Assembly (NCBI GenBank): GCA_032718475.1
Contig: JAUCBJ010006384.1
Coordinates: forward strand, 1 to 43,102
Source of the DNA: Nemertoderma westbladi
Lineage: Eukaryota; Animalia; Xenacoelomorpha
Direction: 5' to 3'
DNA length: 43,102 nt
Position numbers and translations under genes: made by a program
Shown: one piece after another, positions 25,901-39,917 of the stretch
Layout: each line of letters starts with the position of its first letter
Position numbering within the stretch: the first letter of the stretch is position 1
The notes under the pieces: model-generated
Databases searched by the model: none
The model's input: the letters and a program-made list of their open reading frames with translations, nothing else
Told to the model about the DNA's origin: nothing

Positions 25901-28900
25901 CGGTTATCATCTCATTCCCTTTGTTATCATCTCATTCCCTTTGTTATCATCTGATTCCCTCGGTTATCATCTGATTCCCTTTGTTATCATCTGATTCCCT
26001 TTGTTATCATCTGATTCCCTTTGTTATCATCTGATTCCCTTTGTTATCATCTGATTCCCTTTGTTATCATCTGATTCCCTTTGTTATCATCTCATTCCCT
26101 TTGTTATCATCTGATTCCCTCGGTTATCATCTGATTCCCTTTGTTATCATCTGATTCCCTTTGTTATCATCTGATTCCCTTTGTTACCATCTGATTCCCT
26201 TTGTTATCATCTGATTCCCTTTGTTATCATCTGATTCCTTTTGTTATCATCTGATTCCCTCGGTTATCATCTGATTCCCTCGGTTACCATCTGATTCCCT
26301 CGGTTACCATCTGATTCCCTCGGTTATCATCTGATTCCCTTTGTTATCATCTGATTCCCTTTGTTATCATCTGATTCCCTTTGTTATCATCTGATTCCCT
26401 CGGTTATCATCTGATTCCCTTTGTTATCATCTGATTCCCTTTGTTATCATCTGATTCCCTCGGTTATCATCTGATTCCCTTTGTTACCATCTGATTCCCT
26501 TTGTTATCATCTGATTCCCTTTGTTATCATCTGATTCCTTTTGTTATCATCTGATTCCCTCGGTTATCATCTGATTCCCTCGGTTACCATCTGATTCCCT
26601 CGGTTACCATCTGATTCCCTCGGTTATCATCTGATTCCCTTTGTTATCATCTGATTCCCTTTGTTATCATCTGATTCCCTTTGTTATCATCTGATTCCCT
26701 TTGTTACCATCTGATTCCCTTTGTTATCATCTGATTCCCTTTGTTATCATCTGATTCCCTTTGTTATCATCTGATTCCCTTTGTTATCATCTGATTCCCT
26801 TTGTTATCATCTGATTCCCTTTGTTATCATCTGATTCCCTCGGTTATCATCTGATTCCCTTTGTTATCACCTGATTCCCTTTGTTATCATCTGATTCCCT
26901 TTGTTATCATCTGATTCCCTTTGTTATCATCTGATTCCCTCGGTTATCATCTGATTCCCTTTGTTATCATCTGATTCCCTTTGTTATCATCTGATTCCCT
27001 TTGTTATCATCTGATTCCCTTTGTTATCATCTGATTCCCTTTGTTATCATCTGATTCCCTTTGTTATCATCTGATTCCCTTTGTTATCATCTGATTCCCT
27101 CGGTTATCATCTGATTCCCTTTGTTATCATCTGATTCCCTTTGTTATCATCTGATTCCCTTTGTTATCATCTGATTCCCTCGGTTATCATCTGATTCCCT
27201 TTGTTATCATCTGATTCCCTTTGTTATCATCTGATTCCCTCGGTTACATCTGATTCCCTTTGTTATCATCTGATTCCCTTTGTTATCATCTGTTTCCCTT
27301 TGTTATCATCTGATTCCCTTTGTTATCATCTGATTCCCTTTGTTACCACCTGATTCCCTTTGTTATCATCTGATTCCCTTTGTTATCTTCTCATTCCCTT
27401 TGTTATCATCTGATTCCCTTTGTTATCATCTGATTCCCTTTGTTATCATCTGATTCCCTTTGTTATCATCTGATTCCCTCGGTTACCATCTGATTCCCTT
27501 TGTTATCATCTGATTCCCTTTGTTATCATCTGATTCCCTCGGTTACATCTGATTCCCTTTGTTATCATCTGATTCCCTTTGTTATCATCTGTTTCCCTTT
27601 GTTATCATCTGATTCCCTTTGTTATCATCTGATTCCCTTTGTTATCATCTGATTCCCTTTGTTATCATCTGATTCCCTTTGTTATCATCTGATTCCCTCG
27701 GTTACCATCTGATTCCCTTTGTTATCATCTGATTCCCTTTGTTATCATCTGATTCCCTCGGTTACATCTGATTCCCTTTGTTATCATCTGATTCCCTTTG
27801 TTATCATCTGTTTCCCTTTGTTATCATCTGATTCCCTTTGTTATCATCTGATTCCCTTTGTTATCATCTGATTCCCTTTGTTATCATCTGATTCCCTTTG
27901 TTATCATCTGATTCCCTCGGTTACCATCTGATTCCCTTTGTTATCATCTGATTCCCTCGGTTATCATCTGATTCCCTTTGTTATCATCTGATTCCCTTTG
28001 TTATCATCTGATTCCCTTTGTTATCATCTGATTCCCTTTGTTATCATCTGATTCCCTTTGTTATCATCTGATTCCCTTTGTTATCATCTGATTCCCTTTG
28101 TTATCATCTGATTCCCTTTGTTATCATCTGATTCCCTTTGTTATCATCTGATTCCCTTTGTTATCATCTGATTCCCTTTGTTATCATCTGATTCCCTTTG
28201 TTATCATCTGATTCCCTCGGTTACCATCTGATTCCCTCGGTTACCATCTGATTCCCTCGGTTATCATCTGATTCCCTCGGTTATCATCTGATTCCCTTTG
28301 TTATCACCTGATTCCCTTTGTTATCATCTGATTCCCTTTGTTATCATCTGATTCCCTCGGTTACCATCTGATTCCCTTTGTTATCATCTGATTCCCTTTG
28401 TTATCATCTGATTCCCTTTGTTATCATCTGATTCCCTTTGTTATCATCTGATTCCCTTTGTTATCATCTGATTCCCTTTGTTATCATCTGATTCCCTTTG
28501 TTATCATCTGATTCCCTCTGTTATCATCTGATTCCCTTTGTTATCATCTGATTCCCTTTGTTATCATCTGATTCCCTTTGTTATCATCTGATTCCCTTTG
28601 TTATCATCTGATTCCCTTTGTTATCATCTGATTCCCTCTGTTATCATCTGATTCCCTCTGTTACCATCTGATTCCCTTTGTTATCATCTGATTCCCTTTG
28701 TTATCATCTGATTCCCTTTGTTATCATCTGATTCCCTTTGTTATCATCTGATTCCCTTTGTTATCATCTGATTCCCTTTGTTATCATCTGATTCCCTTTG
28801 TTATCATCTGATTCCCTTTGTTATCATCTGATTCCCTTTGTTATCATCTGATTCCCTTTGTTATCATCTGATTCCCTTTGTTATCATCTGATTCCCTTTG

Positions 28901-31900
28901 TTATCATCTGATTCCCTTTGTTATCATCTGATTCCCTTTGTTATCATCTGATTCCCTTTGTTATCATCTGATTCCCTTTGTTATCATCTGATTCCCTTTG
29001 TTATCATCTGATTCCCTTTGTTATCATCTGATTCCCTTTGTTATCATCTGATTCCCTTTGTTATCATCTGATTCCCTTTGTTATCATCTGATTCCCTTTG
29101 TTATCATCTGATTCCCTTTGTTATCATCTGATTCCCTTTGTTATCATCTGATTCCCTTTGTTATCATCTGATTCCCTTTGTTATCATCTGATTCCCTTTG
29201 TTATCATCTGATTCCCTTTGTTATCATCTGATTCCCTTTGTTATCATCTGATTCCCTTTGTTATCATCTGATTCCCTTTGTTATCATCTGATTCCCTTTG
29301 TTATCATCTGATTCCCTTTGTTATCATCTGATTCCCTTTGTTATCATCTGATTCCCTTTGTTATCATCTGATTCCCTTTGTTATCATCTGATTCCCTTTG
29401 TTATCATCTGATTCCCTTTGTTATCATCTGATTCCCTTTGTTATCATCTGATTCCCTTTGTTATCATCTGATTCCCTTTGTTATCATCTGATTCCCTTTG
29501 TTATCATCTGATTCCCTTTGTTATCATCTGATTCCCTTTGTTATCATCTGATTCCCTCTGTTATCATCTGATTCCCTTTGTTATCATCTGATTCCCTCTG
29601 TTATCATCTGATTCCCTTTGTTATCATCTGATTCCCTTTGTTATCATCTGATTCCCTTTGTTATCATCTGATTCCCTTTGTTATCATCTGATTCCCTTTG
29701 TTATCATCTGATTCCCTTTGTTATCATCTGATTCCCTTTGTTATCATCTGATTCCCTTTGTTATCATCTGATTCCCTTTGTTATCATCTGATTCCCTTTG
29801 TTATCATCTGATTCCCTTTGTTATCATCTGATTCCCTTTGTTATCATCTGATTCCCTTTGTTATCATCTGATTCCCTTTGTTATCATCTGATTCCCTTTG
29901 TTATCATCTGATTCCCTTTGTTATCATCTGATTCCCTTTGTTATCATCTGATTCCCTTTGTTATCATCTGATTCCCTTTGTTATCATCTGATTCCCTTTG
30001 TTATCATCTGATTCCCTTTGTTATCATCTGATTCCCTTTGTTATCATCTGATTCCCTTTGTTATCATCTGATTCCCTTTGTTATCATCTGATTCCCTTTG
30101 TTATCATCTGATTCCCTTTGTTATCATCTGATTCCCTTTGTTATCATCTGATTCCCTTTGTTATCATCTGATTCCCTTTGTTATCATCTGATTCCCTTTG
30201 TTATCATCTGATTCCCTTTGTTATCATCTGATTCCCTTTGTTATCATCTGATTCCCTTTGTTATCATCTGATTCCCTTTGTTATCATCTGATTCCCTTTG
30301 TTATCATCTGATTCCCTTTGTTATCATCTGATTCCCTTTGTTATCATCTGATTCCCTTTGTTATCATCTGATTCCCTTTGTTATCATCTGATTCCCTCTG
30401 TTATCATCTGATTCCCTTTGTTATCATCTGATTCCCTTTGTTATCATCTGATTCCCTTTGTTATCATCTGATTCCCTTTGTTATCATCTGATTCCCTTTG
30501 TTATCATCTGATTCCCTTTGTTATCATCTGATTCCCTTTGTTATCATCTGATTCCCTTTGTTATCATCTGATTCCCTCTGTTATCATCTGATTCCCTTTG
30601 TTATCATCTGATTCCCTTTGTTATCATCTGATTCCCTTTGTTATCATCTGATTCCCTTTGTTATCATCTGATTCCCTTTGTTATCATCTGATTCCCTTTG
30701 TTATCATCTGATTCCCTTTGTTATCATCTGATTCCCTTTGTTATCATCTGATTCCCTTTGTTATCATCTGATTCCCTTTGTTATCATCTGATTCCCTTTG
30801 TTATCATCTGTTCCCTCTGTTATCATCTGATTCCCTTTGTTATCATCTGATTCCCTTTGTTATCATCTGATTCCCTTTGTTATCATCTGATTCCCTTTGT
30901 TATCATCTGATTCCCTTTGTTATCATCTGATTCCCTTTGTTATCATCTGATTCCCTTTGTTATCATCTGATTCCCTTTGTTATCATCTGATTCCCTTTGT
31001 TATCATCTGATTCCCTCTGTTATCATCTGATTCCCTCGGTTACCATCTGATTCCCTTTGTTATCATCTGATTCCCTCGGTTATCATCTGATTCCCTTTGT
31101 TATCATCTGATTCCCTTTGTTATCATCTGATTCCCTTTGTTACCATCTGATTCCCTTTGTTATCATCTGATTCCCTTTGTTATCATCTGATTCCCTTCGG
31201 TTATCATCTGATTCCCTTTGTTATCATCTGATTCCCTTTGTTATCATCTGATTCCCTTTGTTATCATCTGATTCCCTTTGTTATCATCTGATTCCCTTTG
31301 TTATCATCTGATTCCCTTTGTTATCATCTGATTCCCTCGGTTATCATCTGATTCCCTCGGTTACCATCTGATTCCCTTTGTTATCATCTGATTCCCTCGG
31401 TTATCATCTGATTCCCTTTGTTATCATCTGATTCCCTTTGTTATCATCTGATTCCCTTTGTTACCATCTGATTCCCTTTGTTATCATCTGATTCCCTTTG
31501 TTACCATCTGATTCCCTTCGGTTATCATCTGATTCCCTTTGTTATCATCTGATTCCCTTTGTTATCATCTGATTCCCTTTGTTATCACCTGATTCCCTTT
31601 GTTATCATCTGATTCCCTTTGTTATCATCTGATTCCCTTTGTTATCATCTGATTCCCTTTGTTATCATCTGATTCCCTTTGTTATCATCTGATTCCCTTT
31701 GTTATCATCTGATTCCCTTTGTTATCATCTGATTCCCTTTGTTATCATCTGATTCCCTTTGTTATCATCTGATTCCCTTTGTTATCATCTGATTCCCTTT
31801 GTTATCATCTGATTCCCTTTGTTATCATCTGATTCCCTTTGTTATCATCTGATTCCCTTTGTTATCATCTGATTCCCTTTGTTATCATCTGATTCCCTTT

Positions 31901-34900
31901 GTTATCATCTGATTCCCTTTGTTATCATCTGATTCCCTTTGTTATCATCTGATTCCCTTTGTTATCATCTGATTCCCTTTGTTATCATCTGATTCCCTTT
32001 GTTATCATCTGATTCCCTTTGTTATCATCTGATTCCCTTTGTTATCATCTGATTCCCTTTGTTATCATCTGATTCCCTTTGTTATCATCTGATTCCCTTT
32101 GTTATCATCTGATTCCCTTTGTTATCATCTGATTCCCTTTGTTATCATCTGATTCCCTTTGTTATCATCTGATTCCCTTTGTTATCATCTGATTCCCTTT
32201 GTTATCATCTGATTCCCTCGGTTACCATCTGATTCCCTTTGTTATCATCTGATTCCCTTTGTTATCATCTGATTCCCTTTGTTATCATCTGATTCCCTTT
32301 GTTATCATCTGATTCCCTTTGTTATCATCTGATTCCCTTTGTTATCACCTGATTCCCTTTGTTATCATCTGATTCCCTTTGTTATCATCTGATTCCCTTT
32401 GTTATCATCTGATTCCCTTTGTTATCATCTGATTCCCTTTGTTTCATCTGTCCCTCGTTTATCATCTGATTCCCTTTGTTATCATCTGATTCCCTTTGTT
32501 ATCATCTGATTCCCTTTGTTATCATCTGATTCCCTTTGTTATCATCTGATTCCCTTTGTTATCATCTGATTCCCTTTGTTATCATCTGATTCCCTTTGTT
32601 ATCATCTGATTCCCTTTGTTATCATCTGATTCCCTTTGTTATCATCTGATTCCCTCGGTTATCATCTGATTCCCTCGGTTACCATCTGATTCCCTTTGTT
32701 ATCATCTGATTCCCTCGGTTATCATCTGATTCCCTTTGTTATCATCTGATTCCCTTTGTTACCATCTGATTCCCTTTGTTATCATCTGATTCCCTTTGTT
32801 ATCATCTGATTCCCTTTGTTATCATCTGATTCCCTTTGTTATCATCTGATTCCCTTTGTTATCATCTGATTCCCTCGGTTATCATCTGATTCCCTCGGTT
32901 ACCATCTGATTCCCTTTGTTATCATCTGATTCCCTTTGTTATCATCTGATTCCCTTTGTTATCATCTGATTCCCTTTGTTATCATCTGATTCCCTTTGTT
33001 ATCATCTGATTCCTTTTGTTATCATCTGATTCCCTTTGTTATCATCTGATTCCTTCGGTTATCATCTGATTCCCTTTGTTATCATCTGATTCCCTTTGTT
33101 ATCATCTGATTCCCTTTGTTATCATCTGATTCCCTTTGTTATCATCTGATTCCCTTTGTTATCATCTGATTCCCTTTGTTATCATCTGATTCCCTTTGTT
33201 ATCATCTGATTCCATTTGTTATCATCTGATTCCCTCGGTTACCATCTGATTCCCTCGGTTACCATCTGATTCCCTTTGTTATCATCTGATTCCCTCGGTT
33301 ATCATCTGATTCCCTTTGTTATCATCTGATTCCCTTTGTTATCATCTGATTCCCTTTGTTATCATCTGATTCCCTTTGTTATCATCTGATTCCCTTTGTT
33401 ATCACCTGATTCCCTTTGTTATCATCTGATTCCCTTTGTTATCATCTGATTCCCTCGGTTACCATCTGATTCCCTCGGTTACCATCTGATTCCCTCGGTT
33501 ACCATCTGATTCCCTCTGTTACCATCTGATTCCCTTTGTTATCATCTGATTCCCTTTGTTATCATCTGATTCCCTTTGTTATCATCTGATTCCCTCGGTT
33601 ACCATCTGATTCCCTTTGTTATCATCTGATTCCCTTTGTTATCATCTGATTCCCTTTGTTATCATCTGATTCCCTCGGTTACCATCTGATTCCCTCGGTT
33701 ACCATCTGATTCCCTCGGTTACCATCTGATTCCCTCGGTTATCATCTGATTCCCTTTGTTATCTTCTCATTCCCTTTGTTATCATCTGATTCCCTTTGTT
33801 ATCATCTGATTCCCTTTGTTATCATCTGATTCCTTTTGTTATCATCTGATTCCCTTTGTTATCATCTGATTCCCTTTGTTATCATCTGATTCCCTTTGTT
33901 ATCATCTGATTCCCTTTGTTATCATCTGATTCCCTTTGTTATCATCTGATTCCCTTTGTTATCATCTGATTCCCTTTGTTATCATCTGATTCCCTTTGTT
34001 ATCATCTGATTCCCTTTGTTATCATCTGATTCCCTTTGTTACCATCTGATTCCCTTTGTTACCATCTGATTCCCTCGGTTACCATCTGATTCCCTCGGTT
34101 ACCATCTGATTCCCTTTGTTATCATCTGATTCCCTTTGTTATCATCTGATTCCCTCGGTTACCATCTGATTCCCTTTGTTATCATCTGATTCCCTCGGTT
34201 ACCATCTGATTCCCTTTGTTATCATCTGATTCCCTCGGTTACCATCTGATTCCCTTTGTTATCATCTGATTCCCTTTGTTATCATCTGATTCCCTTTGTT
34301 ATCATCTGATTCCCTTTGTTATCATCTGATTCCCTTTGTTATCATCTGATTCCCTTTGTTATCATCTGATTCCCTCGGTTACCATCTGATTCCCTCAGTT
34401 ACCATCTGATTCCCTCGGTTACCATCTGATTCCCTTTGTTATCATCTGATTCCCTTTGTTACCATCTGATTCCCTTTGTTATCATCTGATTCCCTCGGTT
34501 ACCATCTGATTCCCTTTGTTATCATCTGATTCCCTCGGTTACCATCTGATTCCCTTTGTTATCATCTGATTCCCTTTGTTATCATCTGATTCCCTTTGTT
34601 ACCATCTGATTCCCTTTGTTACCATCTGATTCCCTCGGTTACCATCTGATTCCCTCGGTTACCATCTGATTCCCTTTGTTATCATCTGATTCCCTTTGTT
34701 ATCATCTGATTCCCTCGGTTACCATCTGATTCCCTTTGTTATCATCTGATTCCCTCGGTTACCATCTGATTCCCTTTGTTATCATCTGATTCCCTCGGTT
34801 ACCATCTGATTCCCTTTGTTATCATCTGATTCCCTTTGTTATCATCTGATTCCCTTTGTTATCATCTGATTCCCTTTGTTATCATCTGATTCCCTTTGTT

Positions 34901-37900
34901 ATCATCTGATTCCCTTTGTTACCATCTGATTCCCTCGGTTACCATCTGATTCCCTCGGTTACCATCTGATTCCCTTTGTTATCATCTGATTCCCTTTGTT
35001 ATCATCTGATTCCCTCGGTTACCATCTGATTCCCTTTGTTATCATCTGATTCCCTCGGTTACCATCTGATTCCCTTTGTTATCATCTGATTCCCTCGGTT
35101 ACCATCTGATTCCCTTTGTTATCATCTGATTCCCTTTGTTATCATCTGATTCCCTTTGTTATCATCTGATTCCCTTTGTTATCATCTGATTCCCTTTGTT
35201 ATCATCTGATTCCCTTTGTTATCATCTGATTCCCTTTGTTATCATCTGATTCCCTTTGTTATCATCTGATTCCCTTTGTTATCATCTGATTCCCTTTGTT
35301 ATCATCTGATTCCCTTTGTTATCATCTGATTCCCTTTGTTATCATCTGCTTCCCTCTGTTACCACCTGATTCCCTTTGTTATCATCTGATTCCCTTTGTT
35401 ATCATCTGATTCCCTTTGTTATCATCTGATTCCCTCGGTTATCATCTGATTCCCTTTGTTATCTTCTCATTCCCTTTGTTATCATCTGATTCCCTTTGTT
35501 ATCATCTGATTCCCTTGGTTATCATCTGATTCCCTTTGTTATCATCTGATTCCCTTTGTTATCATCTGATTCCCTCGGTTACCATCTGATTCCCTTTGTT
35601 ATCATCTGATTCCCTTTGTTATCATCTGATTCCCTTTGTTATCATCTGATTCCCTTTGTTATCATCTGATTCCCTTTGTTATCATCTGATTCCCTTTGTT
35701 ATCATCTGATTCCCTTTGTTATCATCTGATTCCCTCGGTTACCATCTGATTCCTTTTGTTATCATCTGATTCCCTTTGTTATCATCTGATTCCCTTTGTT
35801 ATCATCTGATTCCCTTTGTTATCATCTGATTCCCTTTGTTTTCATCTGATTCCCTTTGTTATCATCTGATTCCCTTTGTTACCATCTGATTCCCTTTGTT
35901 ATCATCTGATTCCCTTTGTTATCATCTGATTCCCTTTGTTATCATCTGATTCACTCGGTTATCATCTCATTCCCTTTGTTATCATCTCATTCCCTTTGTT
36001 ATCATCTGATTCCCTCGGTTATCATCTGATTCCCTTTGTTATCATCTGATTCCCTTTGTTATCATCTGATTCCCTTTGTTACCATCTGATTCCCTTTGTT
36101 ATCATCTGATTCCCTTTGTTATCATCTGATTCCTTTTGTTATCATCTGATTCCCTCGGTTATCATCTGATTCCCTCGGTTACCATCTGATTCCCTCGGTT
36201 ACCATCTGATTCCCTCGGTTACCATCTGATTCCCTCGGTTATCATCTGATTCCCTTTGTTACCATCTGATTCCCTTTGTTATCATCTGATTCCCTTTGTT
36301 ATCATCTGATTCCTTTTGTTATCATCTGATTCCCTCGGTTATCATCTGATTCCCTCGGTTACCATCTGATTCCCTCGGTTACCATCTGATTCCCTCGGTT
36401 ATCATCTGATTCCCTTTGTTATCATCTGATTCCCTTTGTTATCATCTGATTCCCTTTGTTATCATCTGATTCCCTTTGTTATCATCTGATTCCCTCGGTT
36501 ATCATCTCATTCCCTTTGTTATCATCTCATTCCTTTTGTTATCATCTGATTCCCTCGGTTACCATCTGATTCCCTTTGTTATCACCTGATTCCCTTTGTT
36601 ATCATCTGATTCCTTTTGTTATCATCTGATTCCCTTTGTTATCATCTGATTCCCTTTGTTATCATCTGATTCCCTCGGTTATCATCTGATTCCCTTTGTT
36701 ATCATCTGATTCCCTTTGTTATCATCTGATTCCCTTTGTTATCATCTGATTCCCTTTGTTATCATCTGATTCCCTCGGTTATCATCTGATTCCCTTTGTT
36801 ATCATCTGATTCCCTCGGTTATCATCTGATTCCCTTTGTTATCATCTGATTCCCTCGGTTATCATCTGATTCCCTTTGTTATCATCTGATTCCCTTTGTT
36901 ATCATCTGATTCCCTTTGTTATCATCTGATTCCCTTTGTTATCATCTGATTCCCTTTGTTATCATCTGATTCCCTCGGTTACCATCTGATTCCTTTTGTT
37001 ATCATCTGATTCCCTTTGTTATCATCTGATTCCCTTTGTTATCATCTGATTCCCTTTGTTATCATCTGATTCCCTTTGTTTTCATCTGATTCCCTTTGTT
37101 ATCATCTGATTCCCTTTGTTACCATCTGATTCCCTTTGTTATCATCTGATTCCCTTTGTTATCATCTGATTCCCTTTGTTATCATCTGATTCCCTCGGTT
37201 ATCATCTCATTCCCTTTGTTATCATCTCATTCCCTTTGTTATCATCTGATTCCCTCGGTTATCATCTGATTCCCTTTGTTATCATCTGATTCCCTTTGTT
37301 ATCATCTGATTCCCTTTGTTACCATCTGATTCCCTTTGTTATCATCTGATTCCCTTTGTTATCATCTGATTCCCTTTGTTATCATCTGATTCCCTTTGTT
37401 ATCATCTGATTCCCTTTGTTATCATCTGATTCCCTTTGTTATCATCTGATTCCCTCGGTTATCATCTGATTCCCTTTGTTATCATCTGATTCCCTTTGTT
37501 ATCATCTGATTCCCTTTGTTATCATCTGATTCCCTTTGTTACCATCTGATTCCCTTTGTTATCATCTGATTCCCTTTGTTATCATCTGATTCCCTCGGTT
37601 ATCATCTGATTCCTTCGGTTACCATCTGATTCCCTCGGTTACCATCTGATTCCCTCGGTTACCATCTGATTCCCTCGGTTATCATCTGATTCCCTTTGTT
37701 ACCATCTGATTCCCTTTGTTATCATCTGATTCCCTTTGTTATCATCTGATTCCTTTTGTTATCATCTGATTCCCTTTGTTATCATCTGATTCCCTCGGTT
37801 ACCATCTGATTCCCTTTGTTATCATCTGATTCCCTCGGTTACCATCTGATTCCCTTTGTCATCATCTGATTCCCTTTGTTATCATCTGATTCCCTCGGTT

Positions 37901-39601
37901 ATCATCTGATTCCCTTTGTTACCATCTGATTCCCTTTGTTATCATCTGATTCCCTCGGTTATCATCTGATTCCCTTTGTTACCATCTGATTCCCTTTGTT
38001 ATCATCTGATTCCCTTTGTTATCATCTGATTCCCTTTGTTATCATCTGATTCCTTTTGTTATCATCTGATTCCCTCGGTTATCATCTGATTCCCTCGGTT
38101 ACCATCTGATTCCCTCGGTTACCATCTGATTCCCTCGGTTATCATCTGATTCCCTTTGTTATCATCTGATTCCCTTTGTTATCATCTGATTCCCTTTGTT
38201 ATCATCTGATTCCCTTTGTTATCATCTGATTCCCTCGGTTATCATCTCATTCCCTTTGTTATCATCTCATTCCTTTTGTTATCATCTGATTCCCTCGGTT
38301 ACCATCTGATTCCCTTTGTTATCACCTGATTCCCTTTGTTATCATCTGATTCCTTTTGTTATCATCTGATTCCCTTTGTTATCATCTGATTCCCTTTGTT
38401 ATCATCTGATTCCCTTTGTTATCATCTGATTCCCTCGGTTATCATCTGATTCCCTTTGTTATCATCTGATTCCCTTTGTTATCATCTGATTCCCTTTGTT
38501 ATCATCTGATTCCCTTTGTTATCATCTGATTCCCTCGGTTATCATCTGATTCCCTTTGTTATCATCTGATTCCCTCGGTTATCATCTGATTCCCTTTGTT
38601 ATCATCTGATTCCCTCGGTTATCATCTGATTCCCTTTGTTATCATCTGATTCCCTCGGTTATCATCTGATTCCCTTTGTTATCACCTGATTCCCTTTGTT
38701 ATCATCTGATTCCCTCGGTTATCATCTGATTCCCTTTGTTATCATCTGATTCCCTTTGTTATCATCTGATTCCCTTTGTTATCTTCTCATTCCTTTTGTT
38801 ATCATCTGATTCCCTCGGTTACCATCTGATTCCCTTTGTTATCACCTGATTCCCTTTGTTATCATCTGATTCCTTTTGTTATCATCTGATTCCCTTTGTT
38901 ATCATCTGATTCCCTTTGTTATCATCTGATTCCCTTTGTTATCATCTGATTCCCTCGGTTATCATCTGATTCCCTTTGTTATCATCTGATTCCCTCGGTT
39001 ATCATCTGATTCCCTTTGTTATCATCTGATTCCCTTTGTTATCATCTGATTCCCTTTGTTATCATCTGATTCCCTTTGTTATCATCTGATTCCCTCGGTT
39101 ACATCTGATTCCTTTTGTTATCATCTGATTCCCTTTGTTATCATCTGATTCCCTTTGTTATCACCTGATTCCTTTTGTTATCATCTGATTCCCTTTGTTA
39201 TCATCTGATTCCCTTTGTTATCATCTGATTCCCTTTGTTATCATCTGATTCCCTTTGTTATCATCTGATTCCCTTTGTTATCATCTGATTCCCTCGGTTA
39301 TCATCTGATTCCCTTTGTTATCATCTGATTCCCTTTGTTATCATCTGATTCCCTTTGTTATCATCTGATTCCCTCGGTTACCATCTGATTCCCTTTGTTA
39401 TCATCTGATTCCCTTTGTTATCATCTGATTCCCTTTGTTATCATCTCATTCCCTTTGTTATCATCTGATTCCCTTTGTTATCATCTGATTCCCTTTGTTA
39501 TCATCTGATTCCCTTTGTTATCATCTGATTCCCTTTGTTATCATCTGATTCCCTCGGTTATCATCTGATTCCCTTTGTTATCATCTGATTCCCTCGGTTA
39601 T
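13992..39601 (+). repeat. Intronic 20-bp satellite ATCATCTGATTCCCTTTGTT (variant ACCATCTGATTCCCTCGGTT), ~25.6 kb, roughly 1,280 copies
   Basis: Continuous 20-bp periodicity, degenerate at the 5' edge, with higher-order duplications. Ends about 20 nt before the exon E acceptor. Confidence 0.98.
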
Positions 39602-39622
39602 TCCCCTTTTCTATTTTCTTAG

Positions 39623-39801
39623 ACTCAAAGAACTTAAGCCAACAACCAACCACCGTCGCACCTGAGTTCGATCGCGAACCCGATACGGTTACCTTATCGA
39701 AACCGCAACAGATAAGGTCACCATCGGATGAACCAACTGTAATTCCTCCTAAAACTAGCACGGATGATAAACGGAGAACAATAAAGCAATTAATTGAACA
39801 G
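39623..39801 (+). CDS. RBM25: RBM25-like internal exon E, ending at the start of the PWI-flanking region (...KTSTDDKRRTIKQLIEQ)
   Basis: Strong acceptor CCCCTTTTCTATTTTCTTAG, donor CAG|GTTCGT, enters in phase 1. STDDKRRTIKQLIEQ matches RBM25 NTEEKRKHIKSLIEK(IPT). The PWI exon(s) were not found in the window. Confidence 0.85.
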
Positions 39802-39917
39802 GTTCGTATAAACGGAGAACAATAAAGCAATTAATTGAACAGGTTCGTATAAACGGAGAACAATAAAGCAATTAATTGAACAGGTTCGTATAAACGGAGA
39901 ACAATAAAGCAATTAAT
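39767..39917 (+). repeat. 41-bp tandem repeat ATAAACGGAGAACAATAAAGCAATTAATTGAACAGGTTCGT, 3.7 copies, exon E 3' end plus donor
   Basis: Units at 39767, 39808 and 39849, partial unit at 39890-39917. Confidence 0.95.

Noticed and set aside
39561-39830. 89-aa minus-strand ORF
   Set aside because: Antisense shadow of exon E plus repeat sequence.
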